Made by a program: the position numbers and the translations under genes. A stretch of 64,000 bases of DNA, taken from the sequence record MK250017.1; one strand, written 5' to 3'. This document shows, piece by piece, positions 10,566-22,221 of this stretch. Numbering within the stretch: position 1 is the first letter of the stretch; the number at the start of each line of letters is the position of its first letter. The notes beneath the pieces were generated by a model. It made no database searches. It was not told the DNA's origin and saw only the letters and a list, made by a program, of their open reading frames with translations.

Positions 10566-10775
10566 ATGATTAACATTAATGATTTAACAGATAACGAAAA
10601 ATATATTTTTACACAAGGTTATGAACAGGGACAAAAAGAAAGTCTTGAAAATTATGATAATATTGAAAAGATTATAGATGCATATCTTGTAGTAAAACAT
10701 GAATGTCAAAATAAAGATTTCATGGAAAGACATGACTTTATTTCACTTGTTATCGATAAGACAAAACAAATTTAA
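10566..10775 (+). CDS. hypothetical protein (69 aa)
   Basis: ATG 10566 within track ORF 10512-10775. Confidence 0.6.
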   Translation: MININDLTDNEKYIFTQGYEQGQKESLENYDNIEKIIDAYLVVKHECQNKDFMERHDFISLVIDKTKQI

Positions 10776-10813
10776 GTTAATATAAATTATAGAATTAAAA
10801 TAAAAGATATATT

Positions 10814-12079
10814 ATGCCTATTATTTAGAAAACAAAGTATTCATATAATGATTTGACTATTGAGCCTGCAGTAATTAGTTCAATTAAGAGTAGGAAGGAA
10901 TGTGATCCATATGAGCGTATGGATGTAAATATGAGAGATTATCTTCCGTTGTTTACTGCACCAATGTCTACTATTGCAAATGAACATAATTTTAATATAT
11001 GGAAGAAGAATAAAATTATGCCTATGTTGCCACGAAATATTGGTGCTGATCCAAATGGAAGTATTGATAAACGAATTAGTTATATCAAAGATTTTCTTGA
11101 TAATGGTGATTGGGTTGCGTTGTCACTTAAGGAATTTGAATATGTTTTTGTAGAACATAAGATGATGAGTCCTGGACAAATCTTTCCTGGTTATAATCGA
11201 ACATATAGAGTATGTGTAGATTTGGCTAATGGTCATATGGAATGTCTATATGATACAATTAATAAAGCGAAGGAAATTGCAAGAAATGACAATTATAAAC
11301 TTATTGTAATGACAGGAAATATTGCAAATTCTGAAACATATAGATGGATTTGCAAACATGCTGAAGTTGATTATATTAGATTGTCTGTGGGAAGTGGATC
11401 AAATTGTATTACGGCTACGCAGACCTCTGTTCATTATCCTATTGCATCATTAATTGATGAATGTAAGTATATAAAGAATGTATACGAAGGTAAATCTTAT
11501 GCTAAATCAACACCTTATATTATTGCTGATGGTGGTGTTAGAGGATATGCAGATGTTATTAAGGCTATTGCTCTTGGTGCAGATTATGTAATGATTGGTA
11601 GTTTGTTTACAGGATTACTTGAATCTGCTGCACCTCTTGATATTGAGTGTTATAATTCACATTATAAGTATGGATATGCAGCAGGTATTATTAATGATGG
11701 TATTAATAATATTCTTAATCTTTGGGATAGTCTTGAAGATGAAGATGATAATGATACATTAGTACCAATTGATAATAAAGAATTGGAGCAGAAGAAGAAA
11801 GATTTCATTAAGGATATGAAAGATATTGTAAAGGAATCTTATGGTATGTCTACAAAGAAGGCTCAGAAGTTGATTAATCCAAATGCAAAGTCAAAGACTT
11901 CTGAAGGATGTACGAAGTATATTCATGTAAAGGAAACTGTTAAGCAGTGGTCAGATAATATGATAGATTATTTCAGGTCAGCAATGAGTTATACAAATAA
12001 GAAATATATTAATGATTTCAGAGGAAAAGTAGATCTGATTATTAATAGTTCATCTGCAATTCTTGCAGTAAATAAGTAA
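10814..12079 (+). CDS. IMP dehydrogenase / GMP reductase family enzyme (421 aa, TAG at codon 5)
   Basis: MPII-TAG-KTKYSYNDLTIEP restores the N-terminal YxDxxIxP motif; catalytic loop GSGSNCIT; IIADGG; ALGADYVMIGS; YGMST; SEG. Confidence 0.85.
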
Positions 12080-12105
12080 ATAATTTTATTCATCATTTTA
12101 ATATT

Positions 12106-12143
12106 AGGATGGAATACTTAATTATGAGTATTTCATCCTTTTT
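12106..12143 (+). terminator. intrinsic terminator
   Basis: AGGATGGAATACTTA / TGAGTATTTCATCCT followed by T-run. Confidence 0.75.
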
Positions 12144-12145
12144 TA

Positions 12146-12152
12146 ATAAATA
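12146..12152 (+). promoter_or_regulatory. putative late promoter ATAAATA
   Basis: Motif starts 30 nt before ATG 12176; same heptamer 28-34 nt before ATGs at 14478, 17165, 47854, 54570, 56678. Confidence 0.5.
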
Positions 12153-12175
12153 TATAAAAAGAAAAATTACCTAAT

Positions 12176-14374
12176 ATGTCAAAAATAAAGAATTATCAAA
12201 AGTTAGATAAAAATTCTGTATTTAATAATTGTAGTTATGCATAGTCAGCAGGTGTTTATTATAATTAGGAAGGTTTTTCTAATGTAACAAATAAAATTTA
12301 GGATATGGGAACATATAATCCTGATAAGTATATATTAGGAAATATAACTAAACCAAATAAGAAGACATTTGTTAATTATGATAAACATGAAATAATTAAT
12401 AAAGGAAATAATACAAAAATTAACATTAATAATATAAAGAATAATAAGGAAACATATGCGTATGTTTCTGGTATTATGGTTCCTACTATTGAAGCAGAAG
12501 TAAAACCTATTACAGAAATATTAAAAGAAACTGAAAATAATATTACAAATTCAAAAAATATAGTTATTAATAGTAAAGAATTTAAAGAATTACATAAAGA
12601 AGAAAAAGTTATTAATAATAAAGACGTTAAACAAGTAAAAAGTAAATCATCTGTAAATTTATTTTCTAAAGTATTTGAAAATAAACAATAGAATGATATT
12701 AATGATATTAATGATGATAATGTAATATATTTAAATGGTTGGGTATGGTTAAATAGATTTAATAAACCATATGCACATAATTTTGGTGATGATATAAATT
12801 TTTCATTTTTGACAGAAATAACAGGTAAGAAACATAAGAAATACGATAATGAATTTGTAACAAATTATTTAATGATTGGAAGTATTTTTATTGATAAGTA
12901 TATAAATGATTTTACAGAAGTATGGGGTAGTGGAATGTTAAGACATTAGGTATTATATAAAAAACCAAATAAAGTATATGCAGTTAGAGGTCCAAAAACA
13001 CGAGAGATCTGTTTAGCATCAAATATAGATTGTCCGGAAATATATGGAGATCCTGCATTATTAATACCATATTACTATTATCCTTATGTAATGAAAAAAT
13101 ATAAATTAGGAATTATTCCACACCATTCTCATATTAATTCAGATATATTAAATAAATTTAAAGATAATAAAAATATTAAGATTATTAATTTTACAAAATA
13201 TAATGATTGGAAAGATATAATTAAAGAAATTGTAGAATGTGAATTTATTATATCTGAAAGTTTACATGGTTTGATTATATCAGAAGCATTTAGAATTCCT
13301 AATATATGGATTTCATTAGGAAATAATATAGGATAGAATTTGAAATATGAAGATTTCTTTTTATCTATTAATAAACCATTATATGATTCATATTTAGTAA
13401 ATGAAGATACAACATATGAAGATTTATTAAAATTAAAAGATAATTATAATTCAACATTTGAAATAGATTTACAAAAATTAGTTGATGCTTGTCCTATAAA
13501 ATTAAAGAATTTAAATTTATATAATCAGATTAAACCATATACAGGAAAAGTATTATTATGCTGTATAGGAAAAATGGAAAATAATTATATACGAGAGTTT
13601 GTAGAATATTATAAAACAATAGGATTTGATAATATATGTTTATATGATAATAATGATATAGATGGAGAACATTTTGAGGATGTAATAGGTGATTATATAG
13701 ATTCAGGATTTGTAATATTAAAAGATTGGAGAGGAAAAGAATTAGCATAGATTCCATCATATACAGATTGTTATAATACATATAAAGATGAATATGATTG
13801 GATTGCATATTTTGATATAGATGAATTTTTAGATTTAGCTTGTAATAATATAAAAGAATTCTTATCTGATGATATGTATAATGATAAAGGTATAAATTGT
13901 ATAAGAGTTTGCTGGAAACAATTTACTGATTCTAATATTATTAAAACAGATGGAAATTATTCAGTAACTAAATTTAATCAATATATACCATTAGATAAAG
14001 ATAAATATTGTGCATAGACAAAAATTATAATTAAAACGTAGTTAGATAATATCATATTTGATTCACCACATGGTGTTATATATAATAAAGATTGCCATAT
14101 TACATGTGTAAATACAAATGGTGATTTATGTACAAATGATATAATTATAAATAATCCTACATGGGAAAATGCATGTTTAAATCATTATCGTTTTAGAACA
14201 ATAGAGGAATATGTATTAAATAAAATGGTAAGATTATGGCCAACAACATATATGAATGGTGGAAAAACGGGATTAAATTTAAATTTATTTTTTAGATATA
14301 ATACATTTTCATAGGAAAAATTAGATTTTGCAAATTATCTTTTAGATAAATATAATATAAGTAGAAATGAATAA
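12176..14374 (+). CDS. polysaccharide pyruvyltransferase / glycosyltransferase fusion (732 aa, 10 TAGs)
   Basis: One frame through track ORFs 12305, 13091, 13340. Pyruvyltransferase motifs HNFGDD, IGS, VWGSG, AVRGPKTR, YGDPALL, LGIIPH, SESLHGLI; then GT motifs ENNYIREFVEYY, LYDNND, WIAYFDIDEF. Confidence 0.85.
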
Positions 14375-14446
14375 ATGAAAATAAAAGAGCAATTAAATAT
14401 TTTTATATAGTGCAAAATTATATAGAATATTAATTGCTCTTTTTTG

Positions 14447-14453
14447 ATAAATA
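14447..14453 (+). promoter_or_regulatory. putative late promoter ATAAATA
   Basis: 31 nt before ATG 14478. Confidence 0.5.
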
Positions 14454-14477
14454 TAAAAAATAACATGTTATATTTAA

Positions 14478-15443
14478 ATGAATAAAGATATACGTCCACC
14501 TCAGCATGTATTACATGTTTTCGATCCTAATAGAAAATGTAGACCACATGATGAAGTTGAGTTTATAGAAGGTCGTTATGTTGATATTGTAAATGCAAAG
14601 AATAAGGATCCACATACTTTGTATTTCGGTAAATCAAAGAATTCTGAACTCTTAACAGGTATTTTTTTAGGTGATCTTGAACTTACTTCAAAAGTAAAAG
14701 ATGTATCTCTTGTTTCTGTTGATGGTGTTGTAACATTATCTATTAAATATGTTAATTCTGCTGGTAAACTTGCAACAGTAAAAACAAATTTACCTTCATA
14801 GAAACTTGTTGAAGATATTAAAAAATTCTTAGAGGATTTTGATACAAGTATTCTTGATAAAATTAACACATCATTCAGTGATGTATATGATAGATTAAAT
14901 GTTATCGATTCATCAATAGTTGATATTAATAATCATCTTACAGTTATAGATACTTCTGTAGGTGAATTAACAACAAGAGTAGATACATTAGATACATCAT
15001 TATTAGGATTAATAGATGAACTTGATCATGGTAAGTATAATTATACAATACATGAAGATCCTGGAACATATGCAAACGGTTTCAAAAAAACATTTACTTT
15101 ATTTAAAGGTGAAGAAGAACAAAAAGATTCATCTAAGATTGAAGTAACTGATATGGTGTTGAAATAGTTAAATTATGTTAAAGATAATAATGTAATTGAA
15201 GCAAAAGTTTGGCCAGAACCTATTAAGTCAATCGATTTAATCGGTGATGTTCTTACATTAAAAGATGGTACAGTTATTAAAGATGTTATTTCATCTCTTG
15301 ATAAAGATTTAATTAAAACTGTATCATTAGACATGAAAGGTTATGACGAACATATTAATGACTTCATGAATACTGATTCATCTATTAATGACAGATTAAC
15401 TTTTGTAGAAAACCAATTGAAATGGGAAGAGTTAGATAAATAA
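14478..15443 (+). CDS. fibre-like structural protein, WEEL paralogue 1 (321 aa, 2 TAGs)
   Basis: Read-through of TAG 14799-14801; lD[TS]S[VIL] coiled-coil repeats; ends QLKWEELDK. Confidence 0.65.
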
Positions 15444-15487
15444 AAAAAGAGAAAATAAATAATAAAATTAAATCTATTAAATTTAAT

Positions 15488-17062
15488 ATGAATAAAAATA
15501 TGGTTTATGGTGCTAATGAAGCAACTTCTTTAACTGATAAAGTTGCAGATTTTACAAAGGGTAAAAACATTCACTTTGGTTCTGGTGCATTTGAAGAATA
15601 GAAAGTTGTTGCTATTGCAACAGCAGCTGAATCTGATGCAAAGGTTCGTTTCGTATATGATGCAATAGGTGATTCTGGTATGGTATTTGTTGGTAATCAA
15701 CTTGCATCTTCTAAGATTCTTGACATTACAACAAATAAAGTAGCAAAGAAACATTTTGATCCTGAAACTGGTAATTATGTAGAATCAACTACAGAAAAAG
15801 TTGCAACTAAGGTAACAGTTACATGGTTTGGTTCTCAGGAAGATCCAAAAGATAATGTTGTAAAGACACAGACATGGACTACTGTATTTGATGTTATTGA
15901 TACAGATACAGTAAAAGCAATGATTGATAAAGCTTCAGCAGATTTAAATAAATCAGTTGATGATTTAAAAACAAAGCATGAAGCAGACGTTTTACGTTTA
16001 GATACATCAGTTAACGGCATTGAGACACTTCTTAAGCGCGATGTAGTTTCAGCTGACACTGGTAGTGCACTTACAGTAACTCCTACTTCTGCTGATGCAA
16101 CAGGTTATAAGACTTATAAGGTTGCAGTTAACGTAGATGATGCAAAAGGTTCAACTATTAAGGTTGTAGATAATAAGATTAAGATTGCAAAGTATGCAAT
16201 TAAGCAGGTTGCTGCGGATTCTATGGAAAAAGATGCAGATACTAATGAAACAAAGTATGCATCTGAATATCAGTTAATGATGACTGATGCTGATGGTGTT
16301 ACAAAGGCAGTTGGTGATAAGATTAACATTGCAAAAGACTTCTTAGTAACTAAGGCACATGTATGTACATTTAAGTATGTTGCTGAAAATGGCGCAGAAA
16401 TTAAGTATGATGTACAACTTGAAGATCAATGGGGTAATTCTCCAGCAGTTAAATATGGAGATGAAGTAACATCAGAAAATCAGCTTCCATGGTCTAAGAA
16501 TCAGGATGGTACATGGGAACAAGCACGTCTTGGTTTCGGTATTAAGTATGGTCATTCATATTTACACTTAGTTATCAATACTAAGCCAACTAATACAAAA
16601 GCTGCTAGACTTGATGATGTTTATCTTGATTTTACAGAAATCTTTACAACATTCAAGGGTGATGATAAATTCATCAAGGTTGAGAATGGCGTTGTTTCTT
16701 TGGATATTGATGCTGTTTCATCTAAAGTTGATGAAAAACTTAAGGTTAATGATACATTCACAGAACTTAAGGCAAAAGATGAAGCAATTGAAGGTCGTCT
16801 TAATGGATTAGATACATCTGTAAGCAATATTGAGAAATCATATGTAACAGATGCATCTCTTGAAGCGCCAAAGGCAGATAATGCACAGTTCAATACTTTA
16901 AAGATTACAAATCATAAAGTTGTTGATGGTGTTGCAAAAGACACAGAGGTTACTGTAGATGTTGCAAATGAAAAATATTATGCAGGATTAAATACAGCAT
17001 TAAATACACTTACAGAAAATGATAAACATCTTTCTGCACTTCTTACATGGGAAGAACTCTAA
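15488..17062 (+). CDS. fibre-like structural protein, WEEL paralogue 2 (524 aa, TAG at codon 38)
   Basis: ATG 15488 joins track ORF 15680; module ASSKILDITT; ends LLTWEEL. Confidence 0.7.
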
Positions 17063-17089
17063 TTAATTTTTAATTAACTTTAATAATAT

Positions 17090-17128
17090 AATGGGATAAC
17101 TGATAATAATTCAATTATCCCATTTTTT
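17090..17128 (+). terminator. intrinsic terminator
   Basis: AATGGGATAA / TTATCCCATT followed by T-run. Confidence 0.75.
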
Positions 17129-17130
17129 AG

Positions 17131-17137
17131 ATAAATA
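17131..17137 (+). promoter_or_regulatory. putative late promoter ATAAATA
   Basis: 34 nt before ATG 17165. Confidence 0.5.
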
Positions 17138-17164
17138 AAATAAAATATAAACTTTATTAATAAT

Positions 17165-18880
17165 ATGGCTATTACTATTAAAAAGTCAATGATTAATGGT
17201 GCTCCAGTTATTTTTGGCACTCCTGCTGATGCAGATACTGCAAAAGGTGTAGAAGTAAAATTTGGTTATGGTACACTTGAGAATGTACTTGCAAAAGTTG
17301 GTACTGCAGATGACGGCGTAATCTATTTCGGTTATGATGATGCTAAATCAACTGGTGCAATTGTTTCACGCGGTAAACTTGTTTCTTCTAAAATTCTTGA
17401 TATTACAACAACTGCTGCTGTAACAGGAGAAGGTGATAAAGTAACAAAAGAAGCATAGATTGTAATTTCTTATATTGATACTGATAAGTCTGTTAAAACA
17501 TTGGAAATTCCTGTTTCTGCTGATGGTAAATTAAAAGAACTTGCTGATAAGATTGAAGATCTTAAAACATTAGTAGGTACAAAGACAGATACTAAAGATA
17601 CTGATACAGTATTCGGTGCAATTGCAAAAGAAACAGATCGTGCAACTACTAAAGAAACTGCAATTTCCGATCTTCTTGGTACTGTTGATGATGTTGCTGG
17701 TACTGCAACTGCATTTGGAAAGATTGCTGATGAAACAAAGCGTGCAACTGATGTTGAAGGTAAGTTAGATACTCGTGTAACTAATATTGAAACACTTATA
17801 GGTGATGCAGAAAAGCCAGATGAAGATACAGTAATCAATAAAGTAACTGAAGTAATTGATTGGTTCAAAGGTGTTTCTGAAACCGAAAAAGGTGCAACAC
17901 TTATTTCTGATGTTGCTGCTAATAAAACAGCTATTGGTACAAAAACTGTAGAAAATACTAATAGCATTTATAAGAGAATTGAAGATCTTGAAGCAAAGAA
18001 ACACACAGTAAGTGACGTAGTTGCTGATGCTGGTAAATGTGTATCAGGTGTTCATGTTGATGAAAACGGTGCATTAACAATTGATCAAGCTGAATTAGCT
18101 GCTACTAATATTAATGCTACTGCAATTGTAGCAGGTGATGATACTGTTGCAGTTGAAGGTGATAAGGTTGCTTCATAGATTGAAAGTTTAGCTAAGTCTA
18201 TTAAGACTGCTACAAAGTCTGCTGATGATGCAATTAAGGCACTTGATGTTACAGATACTGCAGTAGAAGGAAAATATGTTTCTGCTGTTTCTGAAGAAGA
18301 TGGTAAGATTACAGTTACACGTGCAGATCTTCCTACACTTTCTGTTAAGACAGGTTCAGAACAATTTGCAGCTGTTAATAACCATGAAGTTGAAATCAAG
18401 ACTACTGCATTAAATACTGTTGGACTTACAAAGACTGATGCCGGTAAATGGCAAGCAGGTACTGCTGATGCAAAATCAACTGGTCTTGCAACTGCTGCAG
18501 ATGTTGCCGCAGAAATCGTATCAGATGAAGAGGTTATTGCAACAGCTCTTAATGACCATGAAAATCGTTTAAAGACAGTAGAAGGTAAAGAAATTACTGT
18601 TTCTTCTGCTAAGTCTGATGTTGCTATTTCTGTTGCAGAAGTAAAAGATAACGATGTTGTTACTACAGCTGCAACTAATTTCAATGTTACAACTGGTAAA
18701 GTTACATTTACTATTCATAATGGTGATAAAGATGTTGCAGAAACAATTACTGCATATACAGAAGATACTGTTAAAGCTCTTGTTGAACTTTATGCAAAGG
18801 AAAAAGCTCGTGCTGAAGCTGCAGAAGCTGGTCTTGATAAGAGATTAACTTGGGTTGAATTGAATAAGCAAGACAAATAA
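17165..18880 (+). CDS. fibre-like structural protein, WEEL paralogue 3 (571 aa, 2 TAGs)
   Basis: Joins track ORFs 17165 and 17501 and continues to TAA 18878; VSSKILDITT; ExxRAxxxExxL repeats; GKYVSAVSEEDGKITV; ends RLTWVEL. Confidence 0.72.
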
Positions 18881-18900
18881 TAATTTAACATAAATTTAAA

Positions 18901-18936
18901 ATGAGACTTAAAGTCAGACTTAAGTCTCATTTTTTT
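18901..18936 (+). terminator. intrinsic terminator
   Basis: ATGAGACTTAA / TTAAGTCTCAT followed by T-run. Confidence 0.85.
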
Positions 18937-18982
18937 ATATAAACTCTAAACAAACAGTGTTTAATTTTAACATAAGAGTATT

Positions 18983-19633
18983 ATGGATCAAATTACAAAA
19001 GAAAGAAATAAACAAGAGTTTATAGAGTTATTGAGAAGTACAAAAAGAGAAGGTATTGAAGATTTAATTAACTGGTTATCAGAGAAGTCTGATTTCTTTG
19101 AAGCTCCATCATCTACAATTTACCATTGTAATTATCCTGGAGGTCTTTGCCAACATTCACTTAACGTTTATTATGCAGCACGAGACTTCTATGAGACTTA
19201 TAAGAAACTATCTCTGCCAGAGAAAAATGTAGAGTCTATCCCAATGGAATCTATTATCATAACTGCACTTCTTCATGATTTATGTAAAGCAAATAACTAT
19301 AAGATTGTTGAGAAGTTTAAGAAAGATGAATCAAACCAATGGTTCAAATACTATTCATATCAGATTGATGAAAAACTTCCACTCGGTCATGCTCCTAAAT
19401 CTATTTTTATTGCACAAACATTTATCAGACTTTCAGGTGAAGAATTATGCGCGATTATGTGGCATATGGGAATGTCAGATATTGGTGCATGGATGAGTAA
19501 TTACCAAAAACCTTCTATGCAAACATCATATACAAAAGTTCCACTTTCTGTATTAATTATGCAAGCAGACTTTTTCGCTTCATACTGTATGGAAAAAGAA
19601 GTAGATCAAACTGTTGAATGCAGAATTGGTTAA
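18983..19633 (+). CDS. HD-domain phosphohydrolase, YhaM-like (216 aa)
   Basis: EAPSS.IYH.NYPGGL.QHSLNV, LLHDLCK, GH, WHMG. Confidence 0.85.
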   Translation: MDQITKERNKQEFIELLRSTKREGIEDLINWLSEKSDFFEAPSSTIYHCNYPGGLCQHSLNVYYAARDFYETYKKLSLPEKNVESIPMESIIITALLHDLCKANNYKIVEKFKKDESNQWFKYYSYQIDEKLPLGHAPKSIFIAQTFIRLSGEELCAIMWHMGMSDIGAWMSNYQKPSMQTSYTKVPLSVLIMQADFFASYCMEKEVDQTVECRIG

Positions 19634-19637
19634 AAAT

Positions 19638-19676
19638 AAAAGAGAGATTAAATTGTTGATATTTAATCTCTCTTTT
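19638..19676. terminator. bidirectional terminator between convergent genes
   Basis: Perfect 16-bp inverted repeat AAAAGAGAGATTAAAT. Confidence 0.8.
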
Positions 19677-21318
19677 TATATATTAAATATGGTGAATAAC
19701 ATTTTAAATAATCTTCCCTAATATCATCTTTATTACAATTTAGAAATTCTTTTAACATACTTTTATTAAATCTAAATTCACTACGTTTATAATTATAATA
19801 ATTTAATGTAAATTTAATTTTATCTGATTCTAATTTAAAATTTAATGTTTCATATAATTTTATATTATCAGTTTCTAAATTACAATTAACAATAATAGAA
19901 TTATAAGTATAATTACATTTAAAATAATTTAATAATAGTTTTTCACAACCTATCACATATAAATTATTTTTATAACAAATTCTATTTAATATATAATTAT
20001 TATCTGATATATTACTAAATGTCATACAACATAATAATTCATTATTCTTAAATAATCCTAATTTTATATCAGACTCAATATAATTATCAATATGATAAGT
20101 ATTTATAAAATCTTTACATATATTTTCATCTAATTCTTTAATGATACAATTATCTGAAAATACTTTCTGCTCAAGATGACAACTTCTTAATATAATATTT
20201 TCTATTTTATCTATATTATAATGAATATCATCTTCCCTAAATGTCAACATCTATATATCAGTTTTAGATACTAAATCATATTTTACTTTAAATCTATTCT
20301 TACCATTAATTCCACAATGCCAATAAATTCCATTACATTCTATTGCAACTTTATAATCAGGTAAATAAAAATCAAATTCACGCGGTGATATTATATATCT
20401 AACATGTTGTTCAAACTTTATATTATGTTTCTCCAATAATAATCTTATTTTATATTCTATAGACGTCTCTAAATTTTTTTCTGGATTACATATAGGACAC
20501 ATAACAATATCTTTCTACTATCTATTAAAAAATGTATAATTCTTTATTGAAAATGGATTATGTATTTTACATTGATTATAAACTATAAATTCATTTTTAT
20601 TATCTGAATATTTAATTTCATAACCACGTTTTAACCATTTATTTTCTATTGTTTTATGTTTATTAACTAATTTCTATTTAACATTATTTTCATTCTTATT
20701 CGCACATTCATTAGAACAATAATGTCTAAACCCTTCACTGAATCTATAAAACTTAACATATTTTCCACATGTAGGACATACAGGACTTTTATTAATATGA
20801 TTCTTCATTCGATATAAAATCTCCTGTATAACTGATTTATTCCTCTATAAATCATCATACCTATTCATCATGTAATCATATATACCAAATTGCTTTAACT
20901 TTTTATTTTTACAATATTCAGATATTAATCTGTCATCTTTAATCATTAAATTCAATACATATTCATCATCAATATTTTCTTTCTACTTTACATCAGTTAA
21001 TTTATGTATTTTATTCGGATCATTTAATGAACATTTATATGAACAATATTGATTATAACCATATAAAAATCCTCTGAATAATAAAGGAATCTCTTTACCA
21101 CATGTTTTACAATATAAATGTAAATCATCTGGTAATTTATAATATATCCTATATATGATTTCCTGTATATTTTTTACAGATTTAAATCTATTCATTAAAT
21201 AATCATATAAACCATGATCTTTTAACCATGATTCTTTTATTCTACATGTATTTAATTGAATTTTATTGTTTCTAAATACTGTTAATTTATCTATTATAAT
21301 CTGATCTGCCACTTCCAT
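19663..21318 (-). CDS. free-standing Hef/Vsr-like homing endonuclease (about 551 aa, TAG-rich)
   Basis: Track ORFs 20983, 20251, 19663 share one frame via 6 TAGs (including TAG-TAG); two CxxCG...YCSxxC repeats, CPICN, catalytic EFDFYLPDYKVAIECNGIYWH; start 21318 or 21360. Confidence 0.72.
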
Positions 21319-21354
21319 ATTTTTTATATTAATAAATGTTAAAAATGTTTTAAT

Positions 21355-21382
21355 AAACAAATAACATATTTTACTATATAAT
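21355..21382 (+). promoter_or_regulatory. putative middle-class promoter for the polB-IntN gene
   Basis: AAACAAA 21355 and TATAAT 21377. Confidence 0.6.
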
Positions 21383-21414
21383 TTAAAATTTGAATTAGAA
21401 TTTAATTGAAAAAC

Positions 21415-22221
21415 ATGGAAGAAAAGAAATATAAATTTTGTCAGATAGATCCAAATAATTGTACTGTTGAAGAACTTGAAGAAGAAGTAGAAAGACTTAA
21501 AAACTTAGGTGATTTTTACGAGACTAAACAGTTGGCACTTAAGAAATTTATTAATAGTGTTTACGGAGCAACCGCGAGCAAGTATTTCATTGCACATAAC
21601 ACAGCTGTTGCGGAATCTATTACACTTCAGGGACAGGATTTGAATCATTATTCAGAGAATTCTGTTAATGCATATTTTAGTGGTATATTTCAGAATGATA
21701 CTGAATTGCATAAGAAATTGGGTATTGATTCGGAAAAAGCAAAAAAAGTAAGTATTGCCAAGGGTAAAACAACAGAAACAGGTACGTTAGATGGACCCGA
21801 GTTTTCATATCTTAATGGAAATCAGAGTCTTACTGTTGCTGGAGATACTGATAGCCAAATTGGCTCGACGCAATTCTATGTTGATAATAACATAACTACA
21901 ATGGAAGATTTCTTTACAAAAGCTAAATATGAAAATAATGATGTGGTTATAAAGTTACAAAATGGTTCTGAAGTTGTTCCTGTACATAATCACAATACAT
22001 TAACATATATAGATCATGATTTTAAAACGTCAGAACGCCCTATTAATTATATAATGAGACACAAAGTAACAAAGGATAAGTTCAGATTGAAGACTAAATC
22101 AGGTAAAGAACTTATAGTAACTGGAGATCATAGTATTATGGTTATAAGAAATAATGAATTGATTTCATTACCAGCAAGAGAAATAAAGAACACAGATAAA
22201 ATTATAACATTGGATAAGTAA
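21415..22221 (+). CDS. polB: family-B (T4 gp43-like) DNA polymerase fingers/palm fragment fused to split intein N-half (268 aa)
   Basis: Motif B KKFINSVYG; AESITLQGQ; first half of motif C AGDTD followed directly by the intein; ends at a true TAA 22219-22221; no exonuclease domain or motif A. Confidence 0.9.
   Translation: MEEKKYKFCQIDPNNCTVEELEEEVERLKNLGDFYETKQLALKKFINSVYGATASKYFIAHNTAVAESITLQGQDLNHYSENSVNAYFSGIFQNDTELHKKLGIDSEKAKKVSIAKGKTTETGTLDGPEFSYLNGNQSLTVAGDTDSQIGSTQFYVDNNITTMEDFFTKAKYENNDVVIKLQNGSEVVPVHNHNTLTYIDHDFKTSERPINYIMRHKVTKDKFRLKTKSGKELIVTGDHSIMVIRNNELISLPAREIKNTDKIITLDK
21853..22218 (+). mobile_element. split intein N-fragment (IntN, 122 aa, Ser1, no Cys)
   Basis: Block A SQIGSTQFYV; block B KELIVTGDHSIMV (TxxH); stop after EIKNTDKIITLDK. 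Confidence 0.9.

Noticed and set aside
12305-13750. Runs of short same-frame ORFs (also 17165-18178, 19663-21360, 37753-39291, 60035-62566) as pseudogenes or separate genes
   Set aside because: Every break is TAG with the frame preserved and motifs continuing across it; recoding explains all of them.
21853-21855. Claim of a wholly new intein insertion site in PolB
   Set aside because: DTD|S differs from the classical YGD|TDS site, but I recall the Aes123 PolB1 split intein using DTD|S; novelty needs a database check.
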